Source of the DNA: Podarcis cretensis
Lineage: Eukaryota
DNA: 64,000 bases
Assembly (NCBI GenBank): GCA_951804945.1
Contig: OX638156.1
Location: 27,962,001 to 28,026,000, forward strand
Reading direction: 5' to 3'
Under the pieces are notes generated by a model, which ran no database searches, was not told the DNA's origin, and saw only the letters and a program-made list of their open reading frames with translations. The number at the start of each line of letters is the position of its first letter. Within the stretch, counting starts at the first letter, position 1. Both the position numbers and the translations under genes were made by a program. Positions 52,733 to 64,000 of the stretch are shown in pieces.

Positions 52733-53696
52733 TATAAGCAGTAATAATCCCTTCCATCTATGGATGGCTCTTTTTTGGTATTTGGTTACATCTGGAGTTG
52801 ACACTCTGATTCCCAGAAATATTTTGAGATGCACTAGATAAAAAGTATAGCAAGTTCTGATACAATAAAATATTTGTTCTGGAACATTTAAGAAGAGGCC
52901 CTCCTCTCCCCACAAAACATCCGAAATATGATCTTCAAGGGTGATTTGCAAAGCTTCCTTCTCCTCAACCACCAATTCCTGGTCTGACAAGAACAATAAA
53001 AAGACAGGGGTGACAATACCAGGAAATCCCATTTGGATTGCATTCATTTAAGAAAGGTCTGAATAGCAAAACAGAAAGGGAGCCAATGACATTTTCATTC
53101 ATCTTAAACAGAAAGCCTATTCACATATTGCCCTGCACTTCCAAACACATGAGTGATGAACTACTTGTATACATCAGCACCTTAACATTCAGGTTGACTG
53201 AGACAATTTAAGGGAAACCATTCTGTTTTATAGGAAGGGACTTCTCTGGTGGAGTTACAGCCATAAGCTCAAACCATGTGAGCATCACTTCACACAAGCA
53301 GTTATCTGGGTAGATGTGGTGATCATGCCACATGGGTAACATGTGAAATCAGCCCTAAGGAAAATTAATCTATGGACAAAGATGAACTTTCATTGACACT
53401 TGGCATCACCAATGCCTCCTCCAGCCGGGCTTTCTATTGAAATCTTGGGAGAGCAGTGATGTTACAAACTATGGAAATAAGAAGAATATATACAAATGTT
53501 GCTTCCTAAGGTTTTTCTTTTAAAATTGCGGGGAATGAACACCGTTTGTGTGTGTCTGCTGATTAAATAGTTTCCATTTTATGAAGTTTGTGGTCACTTT
53601 TAGATTATTAACATCTAGAATGACTTTTCAGTTGGGGCCACAAGAGTGTCATAAAAACTTATGGAACCTGTAAATAATAATTGCCATAAGAGTTCA

Positions 53697-53752
53697 GAAA
53701 GGAAAGGAAAGGAAAGGAAAGGAAAGGAAAGGAAAGGAAAGGAAAGGAAAGG
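53697..53752. repeat. (GGAAA)n pentanucleotide microsatellite
   Basis: About 11 tandem units read directly. Confidence 0.95.
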
Positions 53753-53810
53753 AGGGGAGGGACAATGTATTGCAGGTCATCAGAAGTAGTAAAAGATTTA
53801 AATTCAAATT

Positions 53811-54036
53811 CAGTGGTACCTCAGGTTAAGTACTTAATTCATTCCAGAGGTCCGTACTTAACCTGAAACTGTTCTTAACCTGAAGCACCACTTTAGCTAA
53901 TGGGGCCTCCTGCTGCTGCCGCGCCACCGGAGCACGATTTATGTTCTCATCCTGAAGCAAAGTTCTTAACCCGAGGTAATATTTCTGGGTTAGCAGAGTC
54001 TGTAACCTGAAGCGTATGTAACCTGAGGTACCACTG
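53811..54036. mobile_element. Tc1/mariner MITE, same family as 20491, opposite orientation
   Basis: CAGTGGTACCTC TIRs and shared internal sequence. Confidence 0.9.
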
Positions 54037-57000
54037 TATATGTTTCCAGGGAAGTAAACCGGTGGAGCAGTTTAAAGGTCTTTTTACAGAGCAACTCTGA
54101 ACAATGCTAAACAAAGCACTCTTCCCTCCTTTTCTCAATACAGCCAATAAAGCAAGGGAAAACAGGAGGTGCAAATCAACAGCAGTAACTCTGCCAGCAT
54201 GAAGGAAATGTCTTGGTCTGGAGAATTTCCTCACGTGTTTCCAATGTGTTTTTTATGCATTTTATTGCTCATCTGCCATGCAGATCAAAAATGTTGGAGG
54301 GATTCCAAGTATTTCACACAGAATCTCACACTCCAGGCTGGCTGCAACCCCAAAGCCTCTGTTTCTTCACTTGAAATACTGCCCAGTGTTATTTTGGGAT
54401 GTGACCTGATAGCGGAAGCCCACAGGGACTCCGAAACTATAACTGTTCCAGCTGCGATTGGTTGCCCAATTCAACCTTATGCCAGCAGGAGTTTGTTCGT
54501 GCTGCTGGTGAATAGGGAATCAGCCGCTAACACCACCTTTTCATACCAAAAACAAAACTATGGCTGAAATCAAACAGCCCTCAAAAGGGAGGGGTAAGTA
54601 AGGCTGCCTCAAAGATGAAAATGGAATTCCCAGTACAGCCAAACACAAAAGAGCTAGATAGTTTTGACTCAGAATACACCTGCAGTTCTTATTATTCTGA
54701 ATTAAAAGGTGTCAGATTTTGTTAAGAATATTAGACTAATAATATTCTTAGTATCAGGGCTGATTTTTGGCCCCAAGCTGCTTTAACAGTAGAGTTACTA
54801 CTCTAACAGCACATATTCCAGTACTATTTTCCCTTCTCTGGGCATTACAAAAAGAGTCTCAAGGTTCCCAGCACTCTCAAAAAGGGATGAATGTGTGCAT
54901 GCTGTGCCACAACTAATAGGGTCCATTGCAACAGTATCAAATTCCAGTTTAAAATGTTAAATACAAAATACTGGAAAATATGTTCATTTTCCCAACTTCT
55001 TTATTTTGCACAAACAACATATTTGTTGATTGCTATTTGGGAGTGAGCATCTAAATATGCCTGCTTGCAGCTGCAACCTACTAGCATCTCAGGTCTGTAG
55101 ACATTACCTATGGGAGAGAGTGGGATTCAATTTAACTTTACAAATACAACAGGATTCCAAGGAGTAATAAGGTTGTACAGAATTTGGGTTTAATGACCAC
55201 AAAACATTTCATCCTTGTAAGAATGGATTAGTGCTCACAGTTCCTCTTATTATGGCATAGATGTCACTATACTTTTAACTGCATGCTCCAAAAAGTCTTT
55301 CTTATGAGGTTTTGCAACATGGTGGTAAAGCCTTTGGTAATGACTGGCTAACTTGCTCTACTGTCACACAGGTGGAAAAGGGACAAGGGTCTCCATCTAC
55401 CATTGGCTAAGCTACTGATAATTATAAAAGAGGAACACAAAGACTTTCACAAAAGGAGGGGGGGAACCACAGGCCTAGGAATATAGGAGAAAGGAGCCTG
55501 AAATGAAAGTTTGGATTTGGAAGAGGGAAAGAGAAGGCTGAAGAAATCTGATAGAAAGAAAACTGAGGTAAAATTATATAATGGAACCACCGAACAGGAC
55601 CTACAAAGTATTTACATGTTAGAAAAAAATTAGCTACAAGTGTTCCCAAACGGCATAGGATGGTATAGAATAGGTGCTCAGTGGTGCAGAATTAATGACA
55701 TACGACCCTGACATTTACACCTATTCAAAACTGTTCCCTCACCTTTTAAGTTATATGGTTCATGCAAGGCAGGTGTTTTTAAGCAGGTTTCTACATTTTC
55801 CATCTCCACAGCAAGCTAGCCATCACTCTTTGGAGAGCACAATGAGTGATGCATGATGAGATTTCCTCCAAACCTTGATGCTGCGAAGGTGGACTGAGAT
55901 CACCCAGGAAGTTGTGCAGTGATTTCCCCTCAGATCCAAACACAGGAGAACAGGCTGGTTGGCAACTGTGTCAAATACCTTGGGCACACAGAGCCAAAAT
56001 GGCAAGCATATCTCTCTTATTCCTACTCTGAAGCATAAGAGAAGTGGCAGGGAGCCTCCTTGGCTGCTGTTTGGCAAAGGCACTCTGAAATTGTTCACTG
56101 AACAGCAGATAAGACCGCACACTCCCTGGCTCTTTCCTGAAGGAAAGGGTAGTGGGAGGCTTCTCTTGACAGCTGCTTGGAAGTGAATGGAGCACCACTG
56201 CCAAGCATTAGCCAAGCTGGAAGGAAAGGGGGAGGGTGATCCCAATTTCTGGCTTGACTACCAAGGCCAGCCATAACATGCAAACCTCTGACTGTATGAA
56301 AATGTTTGGAAATGTTTTGTATCAAAACTTGGTCACACACTTTCTCTAATGATTCTAGCTCTATTGCATAAGCATAAACTTGCTATGAAGATGAACATGG
56401 GTGACTAACATATACTGTAGTGTCCTCCATACATTGCTGAACTATAATAACTCCAACCAGCTCTACTGGTTAGGAATGATGGGTACTGTAGCTCTTATTG
56501 AAGTCACAACACTGGCTATCCCTAGAGTAGATCAAGTCAACTTTTCTCATCTACAAGAGGCTATCATACAGAAAAGCACTCTTATTCACAGCAACCAGAG
56601 GCTCATCCAATGTTTTCAAATTTTATGTGTTCTCGTAGAGTGCAGGTGTACAAGCATGAGAGGGCCACTCAGATAGTTACCTTGTAAAACACTCTTCAAG
56701 TGGAGTTCAGATCAGAAATGCTATGGTTTAAAAATCAGAATCAGCATTTCTATTTGCAAATTAACTGCTGGGGAACTTATTTTTTTATTTTAGGTAGCGG
56801 TGGAACTTGGTACAACCTAAAACATTATTACGTATTACAAATGAAATGATGCTGACTGATATGGGGGTGCTTTTTTGCATATTAGATCGAAGGAGGAAAT
56901 CCAAGATGTATTTTCAAACTGAAATTAATAAAAATAATAGCAAGTTTAAAAGCTAAACACTTTCCATAGCTTTAATAAAAAAGGCAAAACTTTGCACCTA

Positions 57001-57357
57001 GGAGTGGCGTTTGAAAATGAGTACTAGCAATGGTGCCCACCAGCAATCTGTATTATGGTTTTGGCCGATTTCTAACTTCATTTGAAAGAGCTAGTGTTCA
57101 TAATTATAAAGATACCTGCAACAGCAGAAACAGATGAGAAATGAGGCAGAACACAAAAATATAAACATATCCAAAGTTATTTTAAGTCATGATTTTCAAG
57201 CTCATGCAGGAAAATTATTCTCTAGTTTCAAATGAATAATTTCCAAATTAGGATAAACCTGTACTGAGAAGTTTAGTCTTGTATCCACCAAATTTGCTCA
57301 TAGCAAGAATGATCAAACACAAGTAAAAACTGAGACAGCTTGGGTTGATTACTTGTA

Positions 57358-57599
57358 CAAGTGGTACCTCGGTTTACGAACTTAATCCATTCTGGAAGTC
57401 CGTTTTTAAACTGAAACTGTTCTTAAACTGAGGCGCACTTTCCCTAATGAGGCCTCCCGCCGCTAGTGCCCTTCCACTGTTCAAATTCCGTTCTTAGACC
57501 GAGGTAAAGTTCGCAAACCGGGACACTACTTCCGGTTTTGTGGAGTTCGTAAACCGACTCATTCAGAAACAGGACTGTTATTAAACAAAGGTACCACTA
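57358..57599. mobile_element. Related Tc1/mariner MITE, more diverged
   Basis: AGTGGTACCTCGGTTTA ... TAAACAAAGGTACCACT termini. Confidence 0.75.
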
Positions 57600-57639
57600 T
57601 ATTGCAAATGATATGGTGTGTGTGTGTGTGTGCCAATTC

Positions 57640-58335
57640 TCCTTGATCTCTCAGTGGCTTTTGATACCATCAACCATCTGGATCAGATCTGTGGACTGGG
57701 AGTTGGGGGCATCGTGTTCCTCTCCTATCTGCAAGACCATTTCCATAAAAGAGCATGCGGTGACTCATGCCTAACACTTTGGTAACTGAATTGTGAGGTC
57801 CCATAGGGTTCTAATCCACCCAATAGATATAAGAAGCCTATGGGGATGGTCATCTGGGGATCTGGTGCTTGGTGTCATCAATACGTGGATGACACCTAGG
57901 CTCTGCTTTTTTATTCCATCTGAACCAGATGAAGTTGTATCAGTGCTGAACTGTTTCCTAGATACAATGATGGGCTGGAGGGTTAATAAACTGAAGCTGA
58001 ATCCTGACAAAATGGAGGTGCTCTTGCTAGGTCTTCCCTATATACAAGAACTGGGTGTATGGCCTATTTTCAACAGAGATGGAACCAGCACCGACACTTG
58101 AGACACAAACTATGGTTAGTGTGCCAGCTGTGGTCATTCGTGGATCAGGATAACTTTGCCACAAGTCCCTGTAGCCTCATGTTTGGATGTCTGCAACACT
58201 GTCCCTGAATGAAGTCTGGAGATCACAGCTAGTGCAGAAATGCTGCTGCCTGATGGGTTCTTCTGCATGCACTAGTTACCTGTATACTACCAGGTCAAAT
58301 TCAACATTTTAATGTCAGTATTTAAAGACCTGGCC
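57640..58335 (+). mobile_element. Degraded L2-type LINE RT fragment (L2-like 3' fragments also near 17820-17950, 38560-38830, 40570-40690, 44700-44935, 62820-63230)
   Basis: Translation includes WRVNKLKLNPDKMEVLLLG, typical of CR1/L2 reverse transcriptases; many stops. Confidence 0.7.
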
Positions 58336-61300
58336 TTATCCCACACCATCAGTCTCCGACCTTGGGGTCGATTGTGGCAGGGGGCAGTGTTTTGCTCCAA
58401 CAGTGGTCTTGGTCCACTATACAGTAATGTGCTAAGAGAGTTTGCTGGAAGTTTGCCCATTGCTTAAAAGCATATCATGATGGTATATTTGACGAAAGGC
58501 AGTTACAAATAGGAGAAAGGCTTGGGTAAAACAAATATTCATGAAAGCAATATACAAAATTATGTAGCTTTAAATTAGTGTTTGTCTTGTACTATTTGTT
58601 TTCTTCTATAGTCAGCAATCTATCTACTTTAATCTATACCTGGCGGCCCCAACATTATGCGTCCTTTAAAAAAGAACAAGGGTTATCAGGGAGGTCCCTT
58701 TTTGTTGTTGGGGTGTTCTATGCTTCTTGGAGGATTTTACTTGCTTTTTTGTCTGTGTTCTATTTGTTTTGTGGTATGTATAGGAGCTTTGGCTGTTTTG
58801 GGATTGAGCATCCTCAGTCTTCCTTCTTTGTGTTGGGTATTTTGTGCTGCCCCCAATAATTTCTTAGATTTTCAACTGTGTTTGGGGACCCCTGTACATC
58901 ATACAACTCCCATTTGCAAAGGCAATTACATCTTTTTCATCTCTTCACAAAAGCTTTTCATATTTTGTACACCGACACTTGTGAGTGTGTAGACACGTAT
59001 ATACAGACTATATCACATGTGCAATTTCCCAATGTATTCCAATAAGAGTTAAGCCACAAACTGTGTGCAAGCAAGTATGAAGTTGGTCACATTTTTTAGC
59101 TCCTCCTTAAAATATATATAGTTTCCTTTGGAAGTTTAAAAAAAAGGATCCTTAGGTTCTGAATGCAAAGTAATAATGCACTGAGAACTCTTTGCCCATT
59201 GTGGCAGCATCTCTATCTACTTTATATATGGATTAAATTGCCTGCCTGCCTTCTTTCCTTCCTTCATTCTTTTAAAAAAGGACACAAATGATAAGGGGCA
59301 TTTGAATTCAGTTTTTCTTCTTTGATAGAGGGAACTTCATTTCTCCTCCCAATAGGAGTTTACTGCTGCTCTACAGCAGTATATATGATTCAGGATGGAA
59401 ACCAGAACACAGACTGTTTTTAGGCTGAAAAATGAAGCAAAATCTCCTTCTACTCAGGGTTTAAGACAAAACTGTTAAGAGCTGCTTGCTGCATCTGCAG
59501 TGCAGGGAAGAAGGGCTTGGAAAGGAGGCTCTGTGGAGGAGGAGTCTGGTGTGTATATGTGTGTGTGTGTGTTGAGAAATTTCACTCCAATTACAAAAAT
59601 TAACCCATCTAAGCAAGTTATTGTAGGGGGGGGGGGAGAGAAAGAACAGGCTCTTCAGCTGTTTTGGTGAAACTAGGGACAGAAAAGGGAAGGGAGAAGA
59701 GCTGCTGGTTTTACCACACTCCTTCAACTGAAGACCTTGAAAAAGAAAGAGGGGGGAGAGGGAGAGACAGCACTGCTACTGCAGCAGCCATTGATTTTTC
59801 AGAGGTCGATACTCCACTCCCACAGATCTGCTCAGTAGGCGCGTTAATCACATCCACTGCTTCTGCTCAACACCATTCCACCTCTCCTCTCCCTTTCCTC
59901 CCTCCCCAGTTCTTTTTTAAAAAAAGAAATACCTATTAAAATATATCCTCAAAGCCCCAGCAGTAAGTAGAGGCTGATCAGTCTCATGTCCTTTCCCTTC
60001 CTTTTTAAAGGGGAACACTAAGCTTGTGGTTGAAGGCTCAAAGTAAAGAGGAAAAAAGCGCCATGATTCATGCACTCAACAAGATGTCGCTGGAGGAAAA
60101 ACCCACCCTGCAGGAGAGCCAGTATTATTCTCCTCCTTCTCCTGGGGGAATGCTGGATATGGATCTCTTCCTCAAGCAGCCACCCCCCAAAAGCTTGTTT
60201 CTGCTTACCCCTTCAAGGAGCCCTGCATTTAAAAAAGCTGCTTGCAAAATACTGGGCAAGGCAACAAGCAGCAGTGTTGGAAATTCTCAGCTTCCTGGCT
60301 CTGTTTTGCCAGGGCTGGTTAAGAATGTGGGGCTGGCACCAGCACCAACTAAGCTGGTTTCTTGTGACATTCTAAGAAAGCCTGCCAAGAGTGACCCTGG
60401 TTTTCCCCAACTCAAAGTCACTGTTTGCTACCTCCTGTGGTGGCAACTGCTCTTCCTTTCAAAAGGTTGGAGCTACTGCAACTCACCACAAAGGAAGTAG
60501 AGGGTAGCTCAGTCTGGACAGGCTGCTTGAACTACTGTTGTCTGACAACAAGCCTTATGGCACCCTGAAGACTAATGTGGTATAAACTTTCATGGATTAC
60601 ATACAGTCCACTACATCAGATGCACAAAATGTTGGCAAGTTTACATGTGGGGGGATGTTAGCACAATTAAGTCAAAAGGAAATTAAACGGACTGTTGAAA
60701 ATTGTGTTAATGCTTAAAACTAAAAATAATGACCATTCATAAAACAGTGCTGATAATACAAAAAGCTTCACATTGATATTTGTGGAATAAAAACCCACTA
60801 TCTGGATTTGAGGTCACAGGCAACAGAACTGAACTTCTTGATTATCCCTCACTCACTCACTCGTTCAGCAAAATTAACTAATTCTGTAGGCTCTCCTAAT
60901 ATGACCCTGTTGGTGCAAACCTTCAGTTGCACTTGATACCACTGATAATCAATTTCTTCTGGGTGAGGCCAGAACTCTAGGGCAGGAATAGGGAACCTGT
61001 GGCCCTCCATGTGTTGTTGGACTACAACTCCCATTATTCCAATTGCAAATGCTAGCTGGGGCTAATGCGAGTTGAGGTACAAACAACATATGGAGGACTA
61101 CAGGATCTTCATGTCTACTATAATAATTGAGGACACTGTTCTTTTGTGGTTGCACTTCTCTCTCGGGGAAAGGCACTGAGAAACCAGTGCTCTATCACAT
61201 GAAATTTATCCTATGGTGTAAAACACTGTTCCATTCTGTCCCCAATGTTTTAACATCATATATGCAAAGCCACTTTGGAAGATTAACTGTTGTTTTGGAG

Positions 61301-62225
61301 TAAAGTCACAGTATTCTGATGACACCTAATACTACCTTTTTATTTATGGAAAGATTTAGGTGAGCAAGTGCCTGGGCACCATTACAAGTTAGAAGGGGGC
61401 TAACGAACATACTGAAGGACAAATTGATGATGGTTACCCAAGAAGGAGAGTTTCAAGATATTGCCTGTTGCTAACTGGGTAACAGTCCCTTTGAGGAGAT
61501 CATACACCTTCCTGCTTCATTGGTCAAATTCACAGCACCCACTGCCAAACTCACTGAAACCTCTTCTCTTTGATCAGGATCTAGTTTTCACTGGCATACA
61601 GTCCAATTAAGTTTCCACATGAGGTTTTTTGGGGGGAGTGGGGGTTGGGAGTAGAATTTGTTCCACTTGCATAATGGCTTTGTTGCATACAACCCTGTGT
61701 TTGCAATACAGCAACAATCTATGCTGGGCAGTGCTTGGAAATGGTTTGGAAACTTCATCTGGGACTGACCATATGACTTCTGATGCAGCACAGCAGCACT
61801 GCTTGCCTATTAATTTGGGGCTCTGTTCAAGATGATGACCCTAACCTTTAAAGCTCTTAATGGCTTTGGTCCTAATTACCTTAATGAGGAAATAAGACAA
61901 AGGAGAAAACCCACTCCAAGGTCAGCCACCAGGGGCTTCTTTCATATGCAAACAGACTTTTTAGAAGTGGTGGAACTTGTGGTTCTAGTTCAAAAAAACA
62001 AGACAGATCCTGAAAGTCTGAAGTCTAAACCACCCTGTTCTTCAAACTGTTTTTCATATGCAACCGACTGGTCTCCTCTTTGTGTAGTTTCCGCTGTCAG
62101 GTAAGCTTCTCCTTTTGCCAAAGGTATTTGTTGAAGTTCAGAGTTTGCTGATCTTTGGTTAAACACTGCTGTTTACCATTTTTTTGGATGGTTTTTTTGG
62201 GAGGGAGGGGGGAGGTTTTAATTAC

Positions 62226-62602
62226 TAAAGTAAAGGATCCCTGGACAGTTAAGTCCAGCCAAAGGTGACTACAGGGTTGCGGCGCTCGTCTTGCTTTCAG
62301 GCCGAGGGAGCCGGTGTTTGTCCGTAGACAGGTTTCCAGGTCATGTGGCCAGCATGACTAAACTGCTTCTGGCGCAACGGAACACTGTGACAGAAACCAG
62401 AGGGCGTGGAAACACCGTTTACCTTCCTGCCACAGCAGTACCTATTTATCTACTTGCACTGGCGTGCTTTTGAACTGCTAGATTGACAAGAGCTGGGACA
62501 GAGCAACGGGAGCTCACCCCGTCGCGGGGATTCGAAACGCCGACCTTCCGATCAGCAAGCCCAAGAGGCTCAGTGGTTTAGACCACAGTGCCACCCGTGT
62601 CC
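62226..62602 (-). mobile_element. Sauria SINE (Squam1-like), sense to ARID1A
   Basis: Same family as 18823-19200: GGACACGGGTGGCACTGTGGTCTAAACCACTGAG head, TTCGAATCC box, CCTTTA tail. Confidence 0.88.
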
Positions 62603-63086
62603 TAGAAAACAACAGAACTTTATAAATACAGAACTTACCTAGAAAACAACAGAACTTTATAAATGCAAGTTATAATTACGGGAACAGCTGGTGTTGCACT
62701 TATTTTAAATACAACATCCCTTATTTGATTTTTACTATATATAAAACAACTTTTATTTTAAATGCAGGGACTTGTGAAAATAAGGAGGGGGAAAATTAGA
62801 TTCAGAGGTAGTGCTCCCTCTCACAGTTCAAGACCGCAATACCTCATATAAACCAACCCAAACCCTGCAATCATTGTCTCAGGTCCTTGTGTGCCTCCTC
62901 TATGAGGGTGGCAACACAAGAAAGGCCCTTTTCTGCAATGGCTACCCATTTGTGGACTCGCCAGTCACTTTCATTATATATCTTTAGGTGCCAGGCAAAA
63001 ACATTTCTCTTCAACCTGGCATCCAGCTGATTAACATTCTATTGCTTTTAAAATGTTTTCTAAATGTGGGTTATTGGTTTGTTTTT

Positions 63087-63116
63087 GTGGTGTGTGTGTG
63101 TGTGTGTGTGTGTGTG
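63087..63116. repeat. (GT)n microsatellite (others: (AC)n 51682-51704, (GT)n 57616-57632, (GA)-rich 22457-22508)
   Basis: Read directly. Confidence 0.9.
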
Positions 63117-63656
63117 GATATATAGTTTTTGTGTTGGTTTTTTTTTTTTTGTATATTGTATTTTTCAGGTGTGAACCGCCCTGTGCTCTTGGATGAAGGG
63201 TGGTATACAAATTTAATAAATAATAATAATGGCTTAAATGATCGGGTGTTAGTTGCGGTTGGTAAAGACTTGTATATGTTCTCCTAAGGAAAATTACTCA
63301 TCCATCACCCACCCTACAAATCTTCACAAATATAGCAATATGAAACTACCAGCTAGCAGTGTGACCCATATTTGAAGTTCAGGAGAGTTTTGGGAGCAAT
63401 CATTCCACCCTCCCCACACCTCAATATTTTTCTGTAAGAGTATGAGTCTCCACCCTCTCCCTTCCCCATTTGTGACTGCACATGTATACCTGCTTAACAG
63501 TTTTGTTAATACAGGGAGTGTTCTTTATGGTGGCTGAACTACTGTGTACTAATGTTCTTTCCCTCTATACTATCCCATCTGAAAATATGCAAACCCTTCT
63601 ACCAACTAGCCCTTATTATCAGAGGTCATTAGCTAGAAGTGAATTGTGTGCATATA

Positions 63657-63898
63657 CAGTGGTACCTCGGGTTAAGTACTTAATTTGTTCCAGAGGTCCG
63701 TTCTTAATCTGAAACTGTTCTTAACCTGAAGCACCACTTTAGCTAATGGGGCCTCCTGCTGCTGCCGCGCTGCCGGAGCACGATTTCTGTTCTCATCCTG
63801 AAGCAACGTTATTAACCTGAGGTACTATTTCTGGGTTAGCGGAGTCTGTAACCTGAAGCGTATGTAACCTGAAGCATATGTAACCCGAGGTACCACTG
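63657..63898. mobile_element. Tc1/mariner MITE, same family, with an extra 16-bp subterminal repeat
   Basis: TA-flanked CAGTGGTACCTCGGGTTA TIRs; tgtaacctgaagc(g/a)ta tandemly repeated. Confidence 0.9.
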
Positions 63899-64000
63899 TA
63901 CCATAAACTGTAATTTTATTTCAAAACAACCATCAAGAAAACTGAGTAAGACCGTTTACTTGAAGGTAAGGGGCCAACAGGCCTGAATCAAGCACATTGG

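Noticed and set aside
50780-56280. Unique-looking blocks in intron 4 (about 50780-50970, 54380-54600, 55800-56280) as possible enhancers
   Set aside because: Only a subjective impression of non-repetitive composition; cannot be supported without alignments or chromatin data.

Overview
Eukaryotic genomic DNA from a squamate reptile (Sauria/Squam-type SINEs suggest a lizard, probably a lacertid; this is inference). The window holds most of ARID1A on the minus strand: 16 coding exons equivalent to human exons 5-20 (48588 down to the stop at 23417), a conserved 3' UTR ending near 22105, and about 15 kb of the long intron 4 (48589-64000). Downstream on the same strand, as in mammals, is the 5' end of PIGV: a CpG-island promoter at about 8400-9340 and the first coding exon at 1102-1188, which ends in a GC 5' splice site. 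Between the genes is a 5'-truncated, disabled L1 retrotransposon (13148-17801) with an exact 16-bp target-site duplication. The rest is SINEs, Tc1/mariner and hAT MITEs, old CR1/L2 fragments, microsatellites and three N gaps. I cannot demonstrate a new gene system here. The best leads are RNA-level elements inside the ARID1A pre-mRNA: a recursive-splice-type TAG|GTAAGT site beside a SINE, an 80-bp MADE1-like MITE hairpin with pre-miRNA geometry, candidate poison exons in introns 4 and 12 (one enclosed by complementary boxes), and hAT MITEs carrying ZNF143/THAP11-type motifs. Exon numbers and human lengths are from recall; no database search was run.
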